Made by a program: the position numbers and the translations under genes. Shown here piece after piece: positions 48,532-58,093 of a stretch of 64,000 nt of DNA. Every line of letters starts with the position of its first letter. Position 1 is the stretch's first letter. Source of the stretch: Dehalococcoidia bacterium (GTDB lineage Bacteria; Chloroflexota; Dehalococcoidia; Bin125); assembly GCA_963555985.3 (NCBI GenBank), contig OY820591.1:352001-416000 (forward strand), read 5' to 3'. Under the pieces are notes generated by a model that saw only the letters and a program-made list of their open reading frames with translations, was not told the DNA's origin and ran no database searches.

Positions 48532-49035
48532 ATGGCGGTAACGGCCAAGAATCTTGAAGATGCCTTGACGGGGGCGGGGGTTGAGCCGGATCTGGCTGCG
48601 TCGATCGCCGTAGCGATGCAGCCGTTCATCGAGAACGGCGGTGTTGCACAGGCGGAAGCAGCGAGCAGGGAACGCAGCGATTCTGACGAGGTTCGTCTGG
48701 CCCGGCTTGAGCAGAAAGTGGACGACCTCCGCGACCTGGTGATGGTCGGGTTGCAGAATGTCGATCGTCGCTTTGACGACATGGAGAAGCGGATCGACCG
48801 TCGCTTCGAGGATGTGGATCGTCGCTTCGAGGATGTGGATCGTCGCTTTGCAGAGGCCGAGAGACGAGAAGATCGTCGCTTTGAAGGTGTCGATCGTCGC
48901 TTTGAGGATGTCGATCGTCGTTTCAGCGATCTCAACAAGCGGCTCGATCGTGAGCGAATGGAACGCTGGGCGTTTGTCGTCGCAGTTGGCGGGTCGATTA
49001 CGGCCGCTTTGCTGCGCTTGTTTGGCGCGATCTGA
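48532..49035 (+). CDS. coiled-coil repeat protein with C-terminal TM anchor
   Basis: Seven DRRF units in heptad/hendecad spacing; hydrophobic C-terminus; AGGAG RBS. Confidence 0.8.
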   Translation: MAVTAKNLEDALTGAGVEPDLAASIAVAMQPFIENGGVAQAEAASRERSDSDEVRLARLEQKVDDLRDLVMVGLQNVDRRFDDMEKRIDRRFEDVDRRFEDVDRRFAEAERREDRRFEGVDRRFEDVDRRFSDLNKRLDRERMERWAFVVAVGGSITAALLRLFGAI

Positions 49036-49041
49036 GTAGCT

Positions 49042-49284
49042 ATGTCGGCTGTTCAGTTGGTGCTCTGGGTCAAGCAGGACTGCGGAGTCTGCCACGAGGC
49101 AGAGGACTTGATGGCCTCGTTGTCGGCGGCGCTGGGCTTCGACTGGCGGGTGCGCGAGGGCGAGTACGGCGATCGCGTACCGGTAGTGACGACCGCGAGC
49201 GGCGAGGTGTTGGCGGAGGGGCCGATCATTCCCGGCGAATTGGCGCGGCGGATTCGCGCGCTTACCGTTGCGGCTCCAGATTGA
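49042..49284 (+). CDS. glutaredoxin-like protein (DUF836-like)
   Basis: K.DCGVC..A, YG.RVPV. Confidence 0.7.
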   Translation: MSAVQLVLWVKQDCGVCHEAEDLMASLSAALGFDWRVREGEYGDRVPVVTTASGEVLAEGPIIPGELARRIRALTVAAPD

Positions 49285-50020
49285 TCGCGTGCAGACCGCA
49301 CTCTTTCTGCGTCGCCTCTTCCCACCACCAACGACCAGCGCGCTCGTGTTCGCCCGGATGCGTCGCCCGCGTGCAGGGTTCGCAGCCGATTGACTTGAAG
49401 CCGCGATCGTGGAGCGGGTTGTAGGGCACGCCGTAGCTCATGATGTACTGCCAGACCTGGGCGCTGCTCCAATTGGCGAGCGGATTGAACTTGACCATCG
49501 GATCGGACTCGCGCCCGAAGCCCGGGTCGAGCTGCGCTACAGGCAAGTCTGAGCGCGTGCCCGGACTCTGATCCTTGCGCTGACCCGTCACATAGGCAGA
49601 GACGCCCGCCAACGCTCGTCCAAGCGGCTCCACCTTGCGAATGCCGCAGCATTCGCCGTGACCGTCGCGGCGGAACGAGAACAGGCCCTTCTCGCGTACC
49701 AGCGTCTCCACCGCCGCCGCCTGCGGAGCGAAGACTTCAATCACCACGCCGTACCGCTCCCGCACCTGTTCAATGAAGCCCAGCGTCTCGCCGTGCAGGC
49801 GGCCCGTGTCGAGCGTGAAGACGCGAAAGCTCGTATCGAGTTTGGCAGCCTCGCGGCTGGCCATGTCGACCAGCACGACATCCTCCGCGCCGCTGAACGA
49901 GATCGTGAGGTTGGGGAAGTGCGCCAGAGCTTCGGCGATGATGTCCGAGGGGTGCGCGCGTTCCAGTTGCTCCGCCGCCTCTGTCACATTGAATGCAGTT
50001 GTGGCGGCGGATGTGCTCAT
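49262..50020 (-). CDS. cysH: adenylylsulfate (APS) reductase, CysH family
   Basis: [36 protein letters not shown]; CC...CxxC indicates the Fe-S APS type. Confidence 0.95.
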   Translation of the reverse strand: MSTSAATTAFNVTEAAEQLERAHPSDIIAEALAHFPNLTISFSGAEDVVLVDMASREAAKLDTSFRVFTLDTGRLHGETLGFIEQVRERYGVVIEVFAPQAAAVETLVREKGLFSFRRDGHGECCGIRKVEPLGRALAGVSAYVTGQRKDQSPGTRSDLPVAQLDPGFGRESDPMVKFNPLANWSSAQVWQYIMSYGVPYNPLHDRGFKSIGCEPCTRATHPGEHERAGRWWWEEATQKECGLHAINLEPQR

Positions 50021-50061
50021 TGCGGGCGTTCCTCGCTGTTGCCGAGTGGGTGATGCTAGGT

Positions 50062-50090
50062 GAAATGCTACTATTTCAGTCAAGATTATC
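50062..50090. promoter_or_regulatory. candidate Rrf2 (IscR/CymR-like) operator between cysH and the Rrf2 gene
   Basis: AT-rich imperfect palindrome AATGCTACT-ATTTC-AGTCAAGATTAT in GC-rich surroundings. Confidence 0.55.
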
Positions 50091-50143
50091 CGCATCGCGC
50101 GGAAATCGGGCGAGCGTGGCGCGCAGAGAGACCTGTTCCGGCC

Positions 50144-50614
50144 ATGATGAAGCTCTCCAGCATCAGCGACTACGGCATTCGCGCCTTGGTCGATCTCGCT
50201 CAGCGCGACGGCGGCGATCCCACACCCGCAACCGAGATCGCGCAGCGCCAGGGCATCCCCAACTCTCTGGTCGGACAGGTGCTCGCGCGTCTGCGCGCGG
50301 CGGGGTTCATCGCCTCCGTGCGCGGCGCTCAGGGCGGACACCGACTCGCGCAGCCGGCAGACGAAATCCGGCTTGACGCGGTGGTGGTGGCGCTCGAAGG
50401 CCCGCTCGCAATCGCCACTTGCCTCGAACGCGGACAGAACGCCGATGGCCAGGGCAAGGCCTCCGAGCGCTGTACCGGGGCGGCCGCGCAAGTCCCGCTC
50501 TGGGACGATGTGCGCGCCGCCATGCTGGAAGTCCTGGCCGCTCGCAGCATCGCCGACCTGGCCCAGGACGCGGCCCAACTCAGCGCTCCCGCCGGTGGCC
50601 GCTACCAAATCTGA
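50144..50614 (+). CDS. Rrf2-family transcriptional regulator (CymR/IscR-like)
   Basis: YGIRAL..LA, EIA.RQGIP, SVRG.QGG..LA, ALEG. Confidence 0.93.
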   Translation: MMKLSSISDYGIRALVDLAQRDGGDPTPATEIAQRQGIPNSLVGQVLARLRAAGFIASVRGAQGGHRLAQPADEIRLDAVVVALEGPLAIATCLERGQNADGQGKASERCTGAAAQVPLWDDVRAAMLEVLAARSIADLAQDAAQLSAPAGGRYQI

Positions 50615-50674
50615 TGATCCCATCCACTCCGCGATCCGCACCGAACACCAACCCGCCAGCCAACGAGTAACCCC

Positions 50675-51628
50675 GTGAGCGTGCTCCGCCCCGCCCTCGC
50701 CGACTCCGTGCTCGACCTGATCGGCGCGACCCCGATGGTGCGCCTGCACCGGGTCGTGCCCGAAGACTGCGCCGAGATCGTGGCCAAGCTCGAATCGCTC
50801 AACCCGGGCGGCTCGGTCAAAGACCGGATCGCCCGCTCGATGATCGAGGACGCCGAGTGCCAAGGCGCGCTCAAGCCGGGCGACACGATCGTCGAACCGA
50901 CCAGCGGCAATACCGGCGTCGGACTCGCGCTTGTGGCTGCGGTCAAGGGCTACCGCCTGGTCCTGACCATGCCCGAGGACATGTCGCACGAGCGCCGCCG
51001 TCTGCTCCAACGCTTCGGCGCGGAGGTCGTGCTCACACCCGCGATCGAAGGCATGACCGGCGCGGTCTTCGCTGCCGAAGAGCTCGCCTCCGCCCCGCGT
51101 CATTTCATGCCCCAGCAGTTCGCCAACCCCGCCAACCCGGAGATTCACCGCCGCACCACCGCCCTCGAAATCTGGGCTGCGCTCGAACCGCAATTGATGC
51201 CCGACGGCGAGCGCCTGCACGCCTTCGTCACCGGCGTCGGTACCGGCGGCACGATCACCGGCGTGGGCGAATGGCTGCGCGAACGCCAGCCCGACCTCGC
51301 GATCACCGCTGTTGAGCCGCAGCGCTCGCCTGTCTTGCAAGGCGGACGCTTCGCCGTTCACGCGATCCAGGGGATCGGCGCGTCCTTCGTGCCGGGCGTG
51401 CTCAACCGCGAGATTTACGACGATGTGATCGGCGTCTCCGACGCCGACGCTGAAGCGATGACCGCCAGGCTCACGCGCGAAGAGGGCATCCTCTGCGGCA
51501 TCTCCTCCGGCGCAAACGTCCACGCCGCCCTGACCGTCGCCCAGCGCCTCGGACCCGGCCATCGCGTCGTCACCACCATCTGCGACACCGGCGAGCGCTA
51601 TCTCAGCCTGCCCCTCGGAGACAGCTAG
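50675..51628 (+). CDS. cysK: cysteine synthase A
   Basis: [39 protein letters not shown]. Confidence 0.93.
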   Translation: MSVLRPALADSVLDLIGATPMVRLHRVVPEDCAEIVAKLESLNPGGSVKDRIARSMIEDAECQGALKPGDTIVEPTSGNTGVGLALVAAVKGYRLVLTMPEDMSHERRRLLQRFGAEVVLTPAIEGMTGAVFAAEELASAPRHFMPQQFANPANPEIHRRTTALEIWAALEPQLMPDGERLHAFVTGVGTGGTITGVGEWLRERQPDLAITAVEPQRSPVLQGGRFAVHAIQGIGASFVPGVLNREIYDDVIGVSDADAEAMTARLTREEGILCGISSGANVHAALTVAQRLGPGHRVVTTICDTGERYLSLPLGDS

Positions 51629-51699
51629 ACGACAAACTCGAACAAGGCCGAACAGAACCGAACGCGGCCGCACAGCCCGCACACCACAAGGAGCTCCAC

Positions 51700-52803
51700 A
51701 TGAGCGTCAAGGTCTACATCCCGACACCGTTCCGCAAGATCACCGGCAACCGCATCTTCGTCGACGCCGATGGGATCGACGTCAACGGCGTCCTGCGCGA
51801 CCTCGAACAGCGTTTCCCCGGTTTTGGCGAGATGGTCTTCGACGGCGAACAGGAACTGTTCGAGCACGTCAACGTCTACGTCAACAACCAAGAGATCCAC
51901 TCGCTCGAAGGCGCAAGCACGCCCGTCTCCGACGGCGACGAAGTCGCGGTAATTCCCGCCATCGCCGGCGGCGCGGCGATGACCCCCGAGCAGGTCGAGC
52001 GCTACTCGCGCCACCTGATCATGGACCAGGTCGGCCCGCTCGGACAGCGCAAGCTGATCGACGGCAAGGTGTTGGCGGTCGGCGCAGGCGGACTCGGTTC
52101 GCCGGTGCTCGTCTATCTCGCCGCCGCCGGCATCGGCACGATCGGGATCGTCGACTTCGATGTGGTCGATCGCTCCAATCTCCAGCGCCAGATCATCCAC
52201 GGCACCTCCGACATCGGCCGCCCCAAAGTCGAATCCGCCCGCGACCGCATCCACGACATGAACCCCAACGTCACGGTCGTCAGCCACACCGAGCCGCTCA
52301 CGTCCGAAAACGCGATGGAGATCATTCCCGAGTACGACGTGATCATCAACGGGGCCGACAACTTCGCCACCCGCTACCTCGTCAACGACGCCGCCTTCCT
52401 CTCCGAGAAGATCCTGGTCGACGGCTCGATCTTCCTCTTCGAGGGTCAGGTCACGACCTTCTATCCGGGCGAGGGCTGCTACCGCTGCCTCTATCCGTCG
52501 CCGCCGCCTCCGGGCATGGTGCCGAGCTGTGCGGAAGCCGGTGTGTTGGGCGTGCTGCCGGGGACGGTCGGCGCGATCCAGGCGACCGAAGCGATCAAGG
52601 TGCTGCTGGAGCTGGGCGAGCCGCTCAAGAACCGGCTGCTGCTCTATGACGCGCTGGCGATGGACTTCCGCACCGTCAAGATTCGCCGCGACCCCGCCTG
52701 CCCGCTCTGCGGCGACGCCCCCAGCGTCATCGAACTCATCGACTACGAAGAGTTCTGCGGCTCTCCCTTCCACGAGGGCCCCGCAGTCGCCGCCGGAGGC
52801 TAG
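51700..52803 (+). CDS. moeB: MoaD/ThiS ubiquitin-like domain fused to MoeB/ThiF E1 adenylyltransferase (no rhodanese domain)
   Basis: Ubl ending IPAIAGG at about aa 90, in frame with RYSRH, GAGGLG, SNLQRQ, CYRC, CPLC. Confidence 0.9.
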   Translation: MSVKVYIPTPFRKITGNRIFVDADGIDVNGVLRDLEQRFPGFGEMVFDGEQELFEHVNVYVNNQEIHSLEGASTPVSDGDEVAVIPAIAGGAAMTPEQVERYSRHLIMDQVGPLGQRKLIDGKVLAVGAGGLGSPVLVYLAAAGIGTIGIVDFDVVDRSNLQRQIIHGTSDIGRPKVESARDRIHDMNPNVTVVSHTEPLTSENAMEIIPEYDVIINGADNFATRYLVNDAAFLSEKILVDGSIFLFEGQVTTFYPGEGCYRCLYPSPPPPGMVPSCAEAGVLGVLPGTVGAIQATEAIKVLLELGEPLKNRLLLYDALAMDFRTVKIRRDPACPLCGDAPSVIELIDYEEFCGSPFHEGPAVAAGG

Positions 52804-52811
52804 GCAAGGAA

Positions 52812-52864
52812 CCCTCTCCCCCCGCACCGCGGGGGGAGATGTCGCGCAGCGACAGAGGGGGTCC
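52812..52864. repeat. REP-like family 1 unit
   Basis: CCCTCTCCCCCCGCACCGCGGGGGGAGATG...ACAGAGGGGGTCC. Confidence 0.85.
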
Positions 52865-52947
52865 GGTCACCGACCGCAGTCCTCAAACCGCCGAGGTGAC
52901 CCCGGACGCAAGCGACACAAAACAAAAAGAGCGAGAGGATCCACCGC

Positions 52948-53247
52948 ATGGCAGTCGAAGTCCGAGTCCCTTCCATGCTGCAAAAGTTCACCGACGGCGA
53001 GAAGCTCGTCCAAGTCGAGTCTGAGAGCGTCGGTCAACTGCTCCACTCGCTCGAAGCCAACTACCCGGGCATCGGTCATCAGCTGCTCGAAGACGGCCAA
53101 CTGCGGCGCTTCGTCAACATCTACCTCAACGACGAAGACATCCGCTTCCTCGACGGCATGGACACCTCACTCGCCGACGGCGACGTGCTCGCGATCCTGC
53201 CGGCCCTCGCCGGAGGCGATCACAGTAATCCGGGGGGAGCCCGCTAG
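52948..53247 (+). CDS. MoaD/ThiS sulfur carrier (CysO-like) with 9-aa tail after GG
   Basis: LRRFVNIYLNDEDIRF, ILPALAGG|DHSNPGGAR; stop overlaps the cysM start. Confidence 0.92.
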   Translation: MAVEVRVPSMLQKFTDGEKLVQVESESVGQLLHSLEANYPGIGHQLLEDGQLRRFVNIYLNDEDIRFLDGMDTSLADGDVLAILPALAGGDHSNPGGAR

Positions 53248-54206
53248 TGGTCACCGCCGCGCCCGTTCGCTATCAGTCGCTGCTCGACACCATCGGCGAT
53301 ACACCCCTGGTTCGGCTCCAGCGGATGTCGCCCAGCCCCGACGTCTCGATCTGGGTCAAGCTCGAAGGCCAGAACCCCACCGGCTCGGTCAAGGACCGGA
53401 TCGCCAAAGCAATGATCGACGCGGCTCACGCCGATGGCTCGCTCCAACCGGGGCAGACGATCCTCGAACCGACCAGCGGCAACACCGGACTCGCCATCGC
53501 CCTGATCGGACGCCTTTCCGGTCACCCCGTGCGCTGTGTGATGCCGGAGTCAGTCTCAGTCGAGCGCCGCGACCTGCTCCGGTTCTTCGGCGCAGAGGTG
53601 ATCCTCTCCCCCGGCGAGACCGGTTCCAACGGCGCGGTGCGCATGGCTAAGGAGATCTACGCCCAGGATCCCTCGGTCTTCATGCCGATGCAGTACGAAA
53701 ACGCCGCCAACCCCGGCGCGCACTACGAGACCACCGGCCCCGAAATCCTGCGCGACTGCCCCGAACTCACCCACTTCGTCGCCGGCCTCGGCACCGGCGG
53801 CACCCTCACCGGCGTGGGCCGCTACCTCAAGGAGCAGCGCCCCGACGTGCGCATCGTCGCCGCCGCCCCGCACCCAGGCGATCTCGTGCAGGGCCTGCGC
53901 TCGCTCGACGAGGGCTACATCCCCCCCGTGCTGGACGAGTCGGTACTGGACGCGCGGATCATGGTCGACAGCCGCACTTCGTTTGCAGTCGTCAAGCAGC
54001 TGCTGGAGGACGAGGGCATCTTCGCCGGCATCAGCTGCGGCGCCGCCGTCCGCGCCGCCCTGCGCATGGCCGAACGCCTGGAGTCGGGACACATCGTCGT
54101 GCTCCTGGCGGACGGCGGTTGGAAATACCTCAGCACCGGTCTCTGGAGCCGCGACTACGAGGACATCGCCGGAGACGAAGAGATCGAAGGCAAAATCTGG
54201 TGGTAA
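53247..54206 (+). CDS. cysM: CysM-type (sulfur-carrier-dependent) cysteine synthase
   Basis: NPTGSVKDR, QYEN, VQGLRSL.EG, ADGGWKYLSTG, C-terminal IWW; coupled to the CysO-like gene. Confidence 0.88.
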   Translation: MVTAAPVRYQSLLDTIGDTPLVRLQRMSPSPDVSIWVKLEGQNPTGSVKDRIAKAMIDAAHADGSLQPGQTILEPTSGNTGLAIALIGRLSGHPVRCVMPESVSVERRDLLRFFGAEVILSPGETGSNGAVRMAKEIYAQDPSVFMPMQYENAANPGAHYETTGPEILRDCPELTHFVAGLGTGGTLTGVGRYLKEQRPDVRIVAAAPHPGDLVQGLRSLDEGYIPPVLDESVLDARIMVDSRTSFAVVKQLLEDEGIFAGISCGAAVRAALRMAERLESGHIVVLLADGGWKYLSTGLWSRDYEDIAGDEEIEGKIWW

Positions 54207-54315
54207 CCCGCACTTCGTTCCTGGAGGCAGTACCGGGCTATTCCCTCTCCCAGAGGAAGAGGGGACCAAATCTTGACCTCACTCACACCCACAGTCCCCA
54301 GAAAGGACACCCCCA

Positions 54316-55161
54316 ATGGCCGAATACGCACACCCCGAAAAGCTGGTCTCGACCGATTGGGTCGCCGATAACCTCGACGACCCTGGCGTCGTCCTAATCG
54401 AGGTCGACGTCGACACCTCCGCCTACGACGAGGGCCACCCGCCCGGCGCAGTCGCCTGGAACTGGACTTCGCAGCTCCAGGATCAGGTCACCCGCGACGT
54501 CGCTTCGCGCGAGACCGTCGCCGAACTGCTCCAGCGCGCCGGCGCGAGCGACGACTCCCAGATCGTCCTCTTCGGCGACAACAACAACTGGTTCGCCGCC
54601 TACGCGCTCTGGATGCTCGAGCTCTACGGCGTCACCAACACCGCCCTGATGAACGGCGGCCGCGCCAAGTGGGAGGCTGAGGGTCGCGAAATGACGACCG
54701 ACGCCCCCTCGCCGCTGGCCGGCAGCATCGCCGTCGCCGAGCGCGACGAGACCCTCCGCGCTCGGATCACCGATGTGCTCGCTCACGTCGAGGCCGGCGG
54801 TCAACTGGTCGACGTCCGCTCCCCGGACGAGTTCAACGGCGTAATCATGGCTCCGCCGGGTCTGCCCGAGACCGCTCAGCGCAAGGGCCACGTGCCGGGT
54901 GCCTCGAACATCCCCTGGGTCACGGCGGTGGCCGAAGACGGCACCTTCAAGTCCGCCGACGAACTCAGCGAGATCTACCAGTCCAGAGGCATCACCGGCG
55001 ACGAACCCGTGATCGCCTACTGCCGCATCGGTGAGCGCTCCAGCCACAGCTGGTTCGCCCTCCGCTACCTCCTGGGGATCGACAACACGACCAACTACGA
55101 CGGCAGCTGGACCGAATACGGTTCGGTCGTGGGCGTGCCGATCAGCAACCCCAGCGCCTAG
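54316..55161 (+). CDS. two-domain rhodanese sulfurtransferase (CysA/SseA type)
   Basis: LIEVDVD, NWFAAY, DVRSPDEF.G, YCRIGER, NYDGSWTEY. Confidence 0.95.
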   Translation: MAEYAHPEKLVSTDWVADNLDDPGVVLIEVDVDTSAYDEGHPPGAVAWNWTSQLQDQVTRDVASRETVAELLQRAGASDDSQIVLFGDNNNWFAAYALWMLELYGVTNTALMNGGRAKWEAEGREMTTDAPSPLAGSIAVAERDETLRARITDVLAHVEAGGQLVDVRSPDEFNGVIMAPPGLPETAQRKGHVPGASNIPWVTAVAEDGTFKSADELSEIYQSRGITGDEPVIAYCRIGERSSHSWFALRYLLGIDNTTNYDGSWTEYGSVVGVPISNPSA

Positions 55162-55171
55162 GAAAATCCCT

Positions 55172-55244
55172 CCTCTCCCCCCGCACTGCGGGGGGAGATG
55201 CCGAAAGCCTGCCCCAGGCCTGAACTGGGGGCAGAGGGGGGTCC
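55172..55244. repeat. REP-like family 1 unit carrying an inserted hairpin
   Basis: Family-1 unit with CCTGCCCCAGGCCTGAACTGGGG inside the second stem-loop. Confidence 0.75.
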
Positions 55245-55266
55245 GACCCGAAGCCGTAAACGACCC

Positions 55267-55647
55267 ATGAGCCAAGACCGAGTCTGGCGTCGAACCGTCG
55301 CCCGCGCGCTGAGCGCGAGCGATCCGGCGGCGTTGCCCATCTTCTTCCACGCCGCCGTCCTGAGCGACTACATCGAACGCGGCGCGAGAGTCTTGCGCAG
55401 CGACTCGGTCGGACGCCTGATCCAGCCCGGACGGGCGGTGGTCGATTTCGGCATCGTCGCAGAGACCCAAATCCACCTCCGCTGGGGAGATTTCCTCAAC
55501 CTCATCCCCGAAGCCGAGCGCGCCCACTGGCTCGATCATCTCGCGCCCCCGGATGCGAGCCGGGTCTATCTGCAAATGACCTTGCAGCCGGGCGCCTGCC
55601 ACGACGACGGCCCCCTCCGCGACTGGACTCTCGAGGCGTCCGCTTGA
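55267..55647 (+). CDS. hypothetical protein
   Basis: 126-aa ORF with normal codon use; TTGA overlap with the next gene. Confidence 0.75.
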   Translation: MSQDRVWRRTVARALSASDPAALPIFFHAAVLSDYIERGARVLRSDSVGRLIQPGRAVVDFGIVAETQIHLRWGDFLNLIPEAERAHWLDHLAPPDASRVYLQMTLQPGACHDDGPLRDWTLEASA

Positions 55648-56246
55648 CTGAGTTTCCGAAGCTGCCCGACGACCAGTACGCGATCATCTACGCCGATCCG
55701 CCCTGGGACTACAAGGGACAGCTCCAACACGCCGGCCCGGGCAGCGGCGACACCGGCGGCGCAGTGCGCCACTACGACACGGTGAAGCTCTCTGACCTCA
55801 AACAACTCGATGTCGCCCGGATCGCCGCCGCCGACGCGCTGCTCTTCCTCTGGGCCACATCGCCCCACCTCGATCAGGCGATTGAACTGGGCAAAGCCTG
55901 GGGATTTCAGTGGGCGACGGTCGCGTTCGTCTGGGACAAGCAGCGAGTCAACCCGGGCCACTACACGCTCTCGCAGTGCGAACTCTGCCTCGTCTTCAAG
56001 CGCGGGCGGATACCAACTCCGCGCGGCAGCCGCAGCGTCCGCCAGTTGGTGTCCGTCGAGCGCGGACGCCACTCGCAGAAACCCGAGGAAGTCAGGCGTA
56101 GAATCGACGCCATGTTCCCCGCACAGCGCAAGCTCGAACTCTTCGCCCGGCCGAACACCGCACTCCCCGACGGCTGGGACACCTGGGGCGAAGAGCTTCC
56201 ACACCCACAGACCGAGCGCACGTTCTGGCAGGCTGCCTCGCCATGA
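55644..56246 (+). CDS. MT-A70-family adenine methyltransferase
   Basis: IIYADPPW, LFLWAT, AWGF, FVWDK, E.CL...RG, HSQKP, LELFAR, GWDTWG.E. Confidence 0.93.
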   Translation: MTEFPKLPDDQYAIIYADPPWDYKGQLQHAGPGSGDTGGAVRHYDTVKLSDLKQLDVARIAAADALLFLWATSPHLDQAIELGKAWGFQWATVAFVWDKQRVNPGHYTLSQCELCLVFKRGRIPTPRGSRSVRQLVSVERGRHSQKPEEVRRRIDAMFPAQRKLELFARPNTALPDGWDTWGEELPHPQTERTFWQAASP

Positions 56247-56752
56247 CCCTCGAATTACCCCAGTCCCTGATCGACGAGATGGTCGCGCACGCCCGCGACG
56301 ACCTGCCCAACGAGTGCTGCGGCGTGATCTCCCGCGACGCCGACGGGACGCTCAGCCTCTACCGCGCCACCAACTCCGAAGCCTCGCCCTGGCGCTTCAA
56401 CATTCCCCCGCAACAACTCCTGCACCTCTACAACGCCATCGACGCCGCCGACGGCGATCTGCTCGTGATCTACCACTCCCACGTCGCCTCCGAAGCGCGA
56501 CCCTCCCCAACCGACCTCAACATCGCGCGTCTGCACAAGGGCGGGCAGGAGTGGCCCTACTGGGTGCTAGTCTCACTCGCCTACGACCCGCCCCACGTTC
56601 GCGCTTGGCGAATCGACGACGGCGAGCAACCCGATACGGTCGCGCCTGCCGAGATCGATCTCACTGTCTCCAACGACGATGGCGCGCGCCGGCTGCGACT
56701 CGAGCTGATCGAAGTCGATGGTCGCCCGCGCGTCCGCGAAACCGCCCTCTAA
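56243..56752 (+). CDS. mec: JAMM/M67 metalloprotease (Mec-like)
   Basis: PNECCG, IYHSH....ARPS.TD. Confidence 0.92.
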   Translation: MTLELPQSLIDEMVAHARDDLPNECCGVISRDADGTLSLYRATNSEASPWRFNIPPQQLLHLYNAIDAADGDLLVIYHSHVASEARPSPTDLNIARLHKGGQEWPYWVLVSLAYDPPHVRAWRIDDGEQPDTVAPAEIDLTVSNDDGARRLRLELIEVDGRPRVRETAL

Positions 56753-56756
56753 CACC

Positions 56757-57566
56757 ATGACGGCCCCACTCTTCACCTGGGGCGAGCGCACCTGGATCGT
56801 CGGCATCCTCAATCTCTCGCCCGATTCCTTCAGCGGCGACGGTCTCAGTGATCCCGATGCGGCGCTCGCTCGCGCCACGCAGATGCTCCGCGACGGCGCC
56901 GACGCGCTCGACATCGGCGGTGAATCGACCCGTCCCGGGTTCACCCCGATCAGCGCCGAGGAAGAGCTGCGGCGCATCGTTCCGGCGATCGCCCGCATCG
57001 CCCGCGAACTCCCCCGCCTGCCTCTGAGCATCGACACCACCAAACCCGAGGTTGCCAAAGCCGCCTTCGACTCCGGCGCGAGCATCCTGAACGATATCCA
57101 CGGACTGCGAGGCGATCCGGCCCTGGCCGTAGTCGCATCCAACTACCGCGCAACCGTGATTGCGATGCATAACCAGCGCGGCCGCCCGCTTGCCGACGAT
57201 CCCGTCTGCGCCGCGCTTGACGGATTCCGAACCTCGCTCTGCATCGCGGCCGAAGCGGGCATCGCCGAAGAGCGGATCATCCTCGATCCGGGCTTCGGCT
57301 TCGCCTGGACGTTGCGCGAAAACGCGGCCATCCTCCGCCGCCTGCGCGAACTGCGCGTGCTGGGCCGACCGATCTTGGTAGGGATGTCGCGCAAGCGCAT
57401 GACCGGCGCCCAGCATGGCTGGGGCGTTGAGCGGCGGCTCGAAGGATCAGCTGCTGCGACTGCAATCGCGATCGCCAACGGCGCAGATCTCGTGCGCGTC
57501 CACGATGTCGCCGAGATGTCGCGGGTCGCGCGGATCACCGACGACATTATCCGGAGCGGCGCATGA
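56757..57566 (+). CDS. folP: dihydropteroate synthase
   Basis: GILNLSPDSFS, DIGGESTRPG, SIDT, LDPGFGF, SRK, RVHDV. Confidence 0.96.
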   Translation: MTAPLFTWGERTWIVGILNLSPDSFSGDGLSDPDAALARATQMLRDGADALDIGGESTRPGFTPISAEEELRRIVPAIARIARELPRLPLSIDTTKPEVAKAAFDSGASILNDIHGLRGDPALAVVASNYRATVIAMHNQRGRPLADDPVCAALDGFRTSLCIAAEAGIAEERIILDPGFGFAWTLRENAAILRRLRELRVLGRPILVGMSRKRMTGAQHGWGVERRLEGSAAATAIAIANGADLVRVHDVAEMSRVARITDDIIRSGA

Positions 57567-58084
57567 CTGCCCCCGAAGCAGTGGCCGTCTTCCTCGGCCT
57601 GGGCGGTAATCTCGGCGACCGCCGCGCCAACCTCCGCGCCGCCGTGCGAGAACTGCGCGCACTCTTGGACGACCTGCGAGTCTCCGCGCTCTACGAAACC
57701 GCGCCCTGGGGCGACACCGACCAGCCCGCATTCCTCAACGCCGTCGCGCGCGGCCTCACGACACGCGCACCCCTCGATCTGCTGGACGCCACCCAGGAGA
57801 TCGAGCGCCAACTCGGACGCCAACGCAACAAGCGGCGCTGGGGCCCTCGACCAATCGACATCGACGTCCTGCTCTACGGTCAGCAGATCATCACTCACCC
57901 ACGCCTAATCGTTCCCCATCAGCACATGCAAGAGCGCGGTTTCGTACTCCGCCCGCTCGCCGATCTCGCCCCCGGTCGAACCTTGCCCAACGGCGCGCTG
58001 GTGGGAGAGTTGCTGACGATCGTCAACACCGACGACGTGCGCCGGATCGAGGGCCCGCAGTGGGCCGACGGCGACAATTGCTGA
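57563..58084 (+). CDS. folK: 6-hydroxymethyl-7,8-dihydropterin pyrophosphokinase
   Basis: LGLGGNLGD, YETAP, FLNAV, RWGPRPIDID, PH, R.FVL.PL. Confidence 0.96.
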   Translation: MTAPEAVAVFLGLGGNLGDRRANLRAAVRELRALLDDLRVSALYETAPWGDTDQPAFLNAVARGLTTRAPLDLLDATQEIERQLGRQRNKRRWGPRPIDIDVLLYGQQIITHPRLIVPHQHMQERGFVLRPLADLAPGRTLPNGALVGELLTIVNTDDVRRIEGPQWADGDNC

Positions 58085-58093
58085 ACCAGACCT

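Noticed and set aside
50021-51682. Extension giving an 806-aa CysH fusion
   Set aside because: Antisense to Rrf2/cysK; CysH homology starts at 50020 after a GAGG RBS
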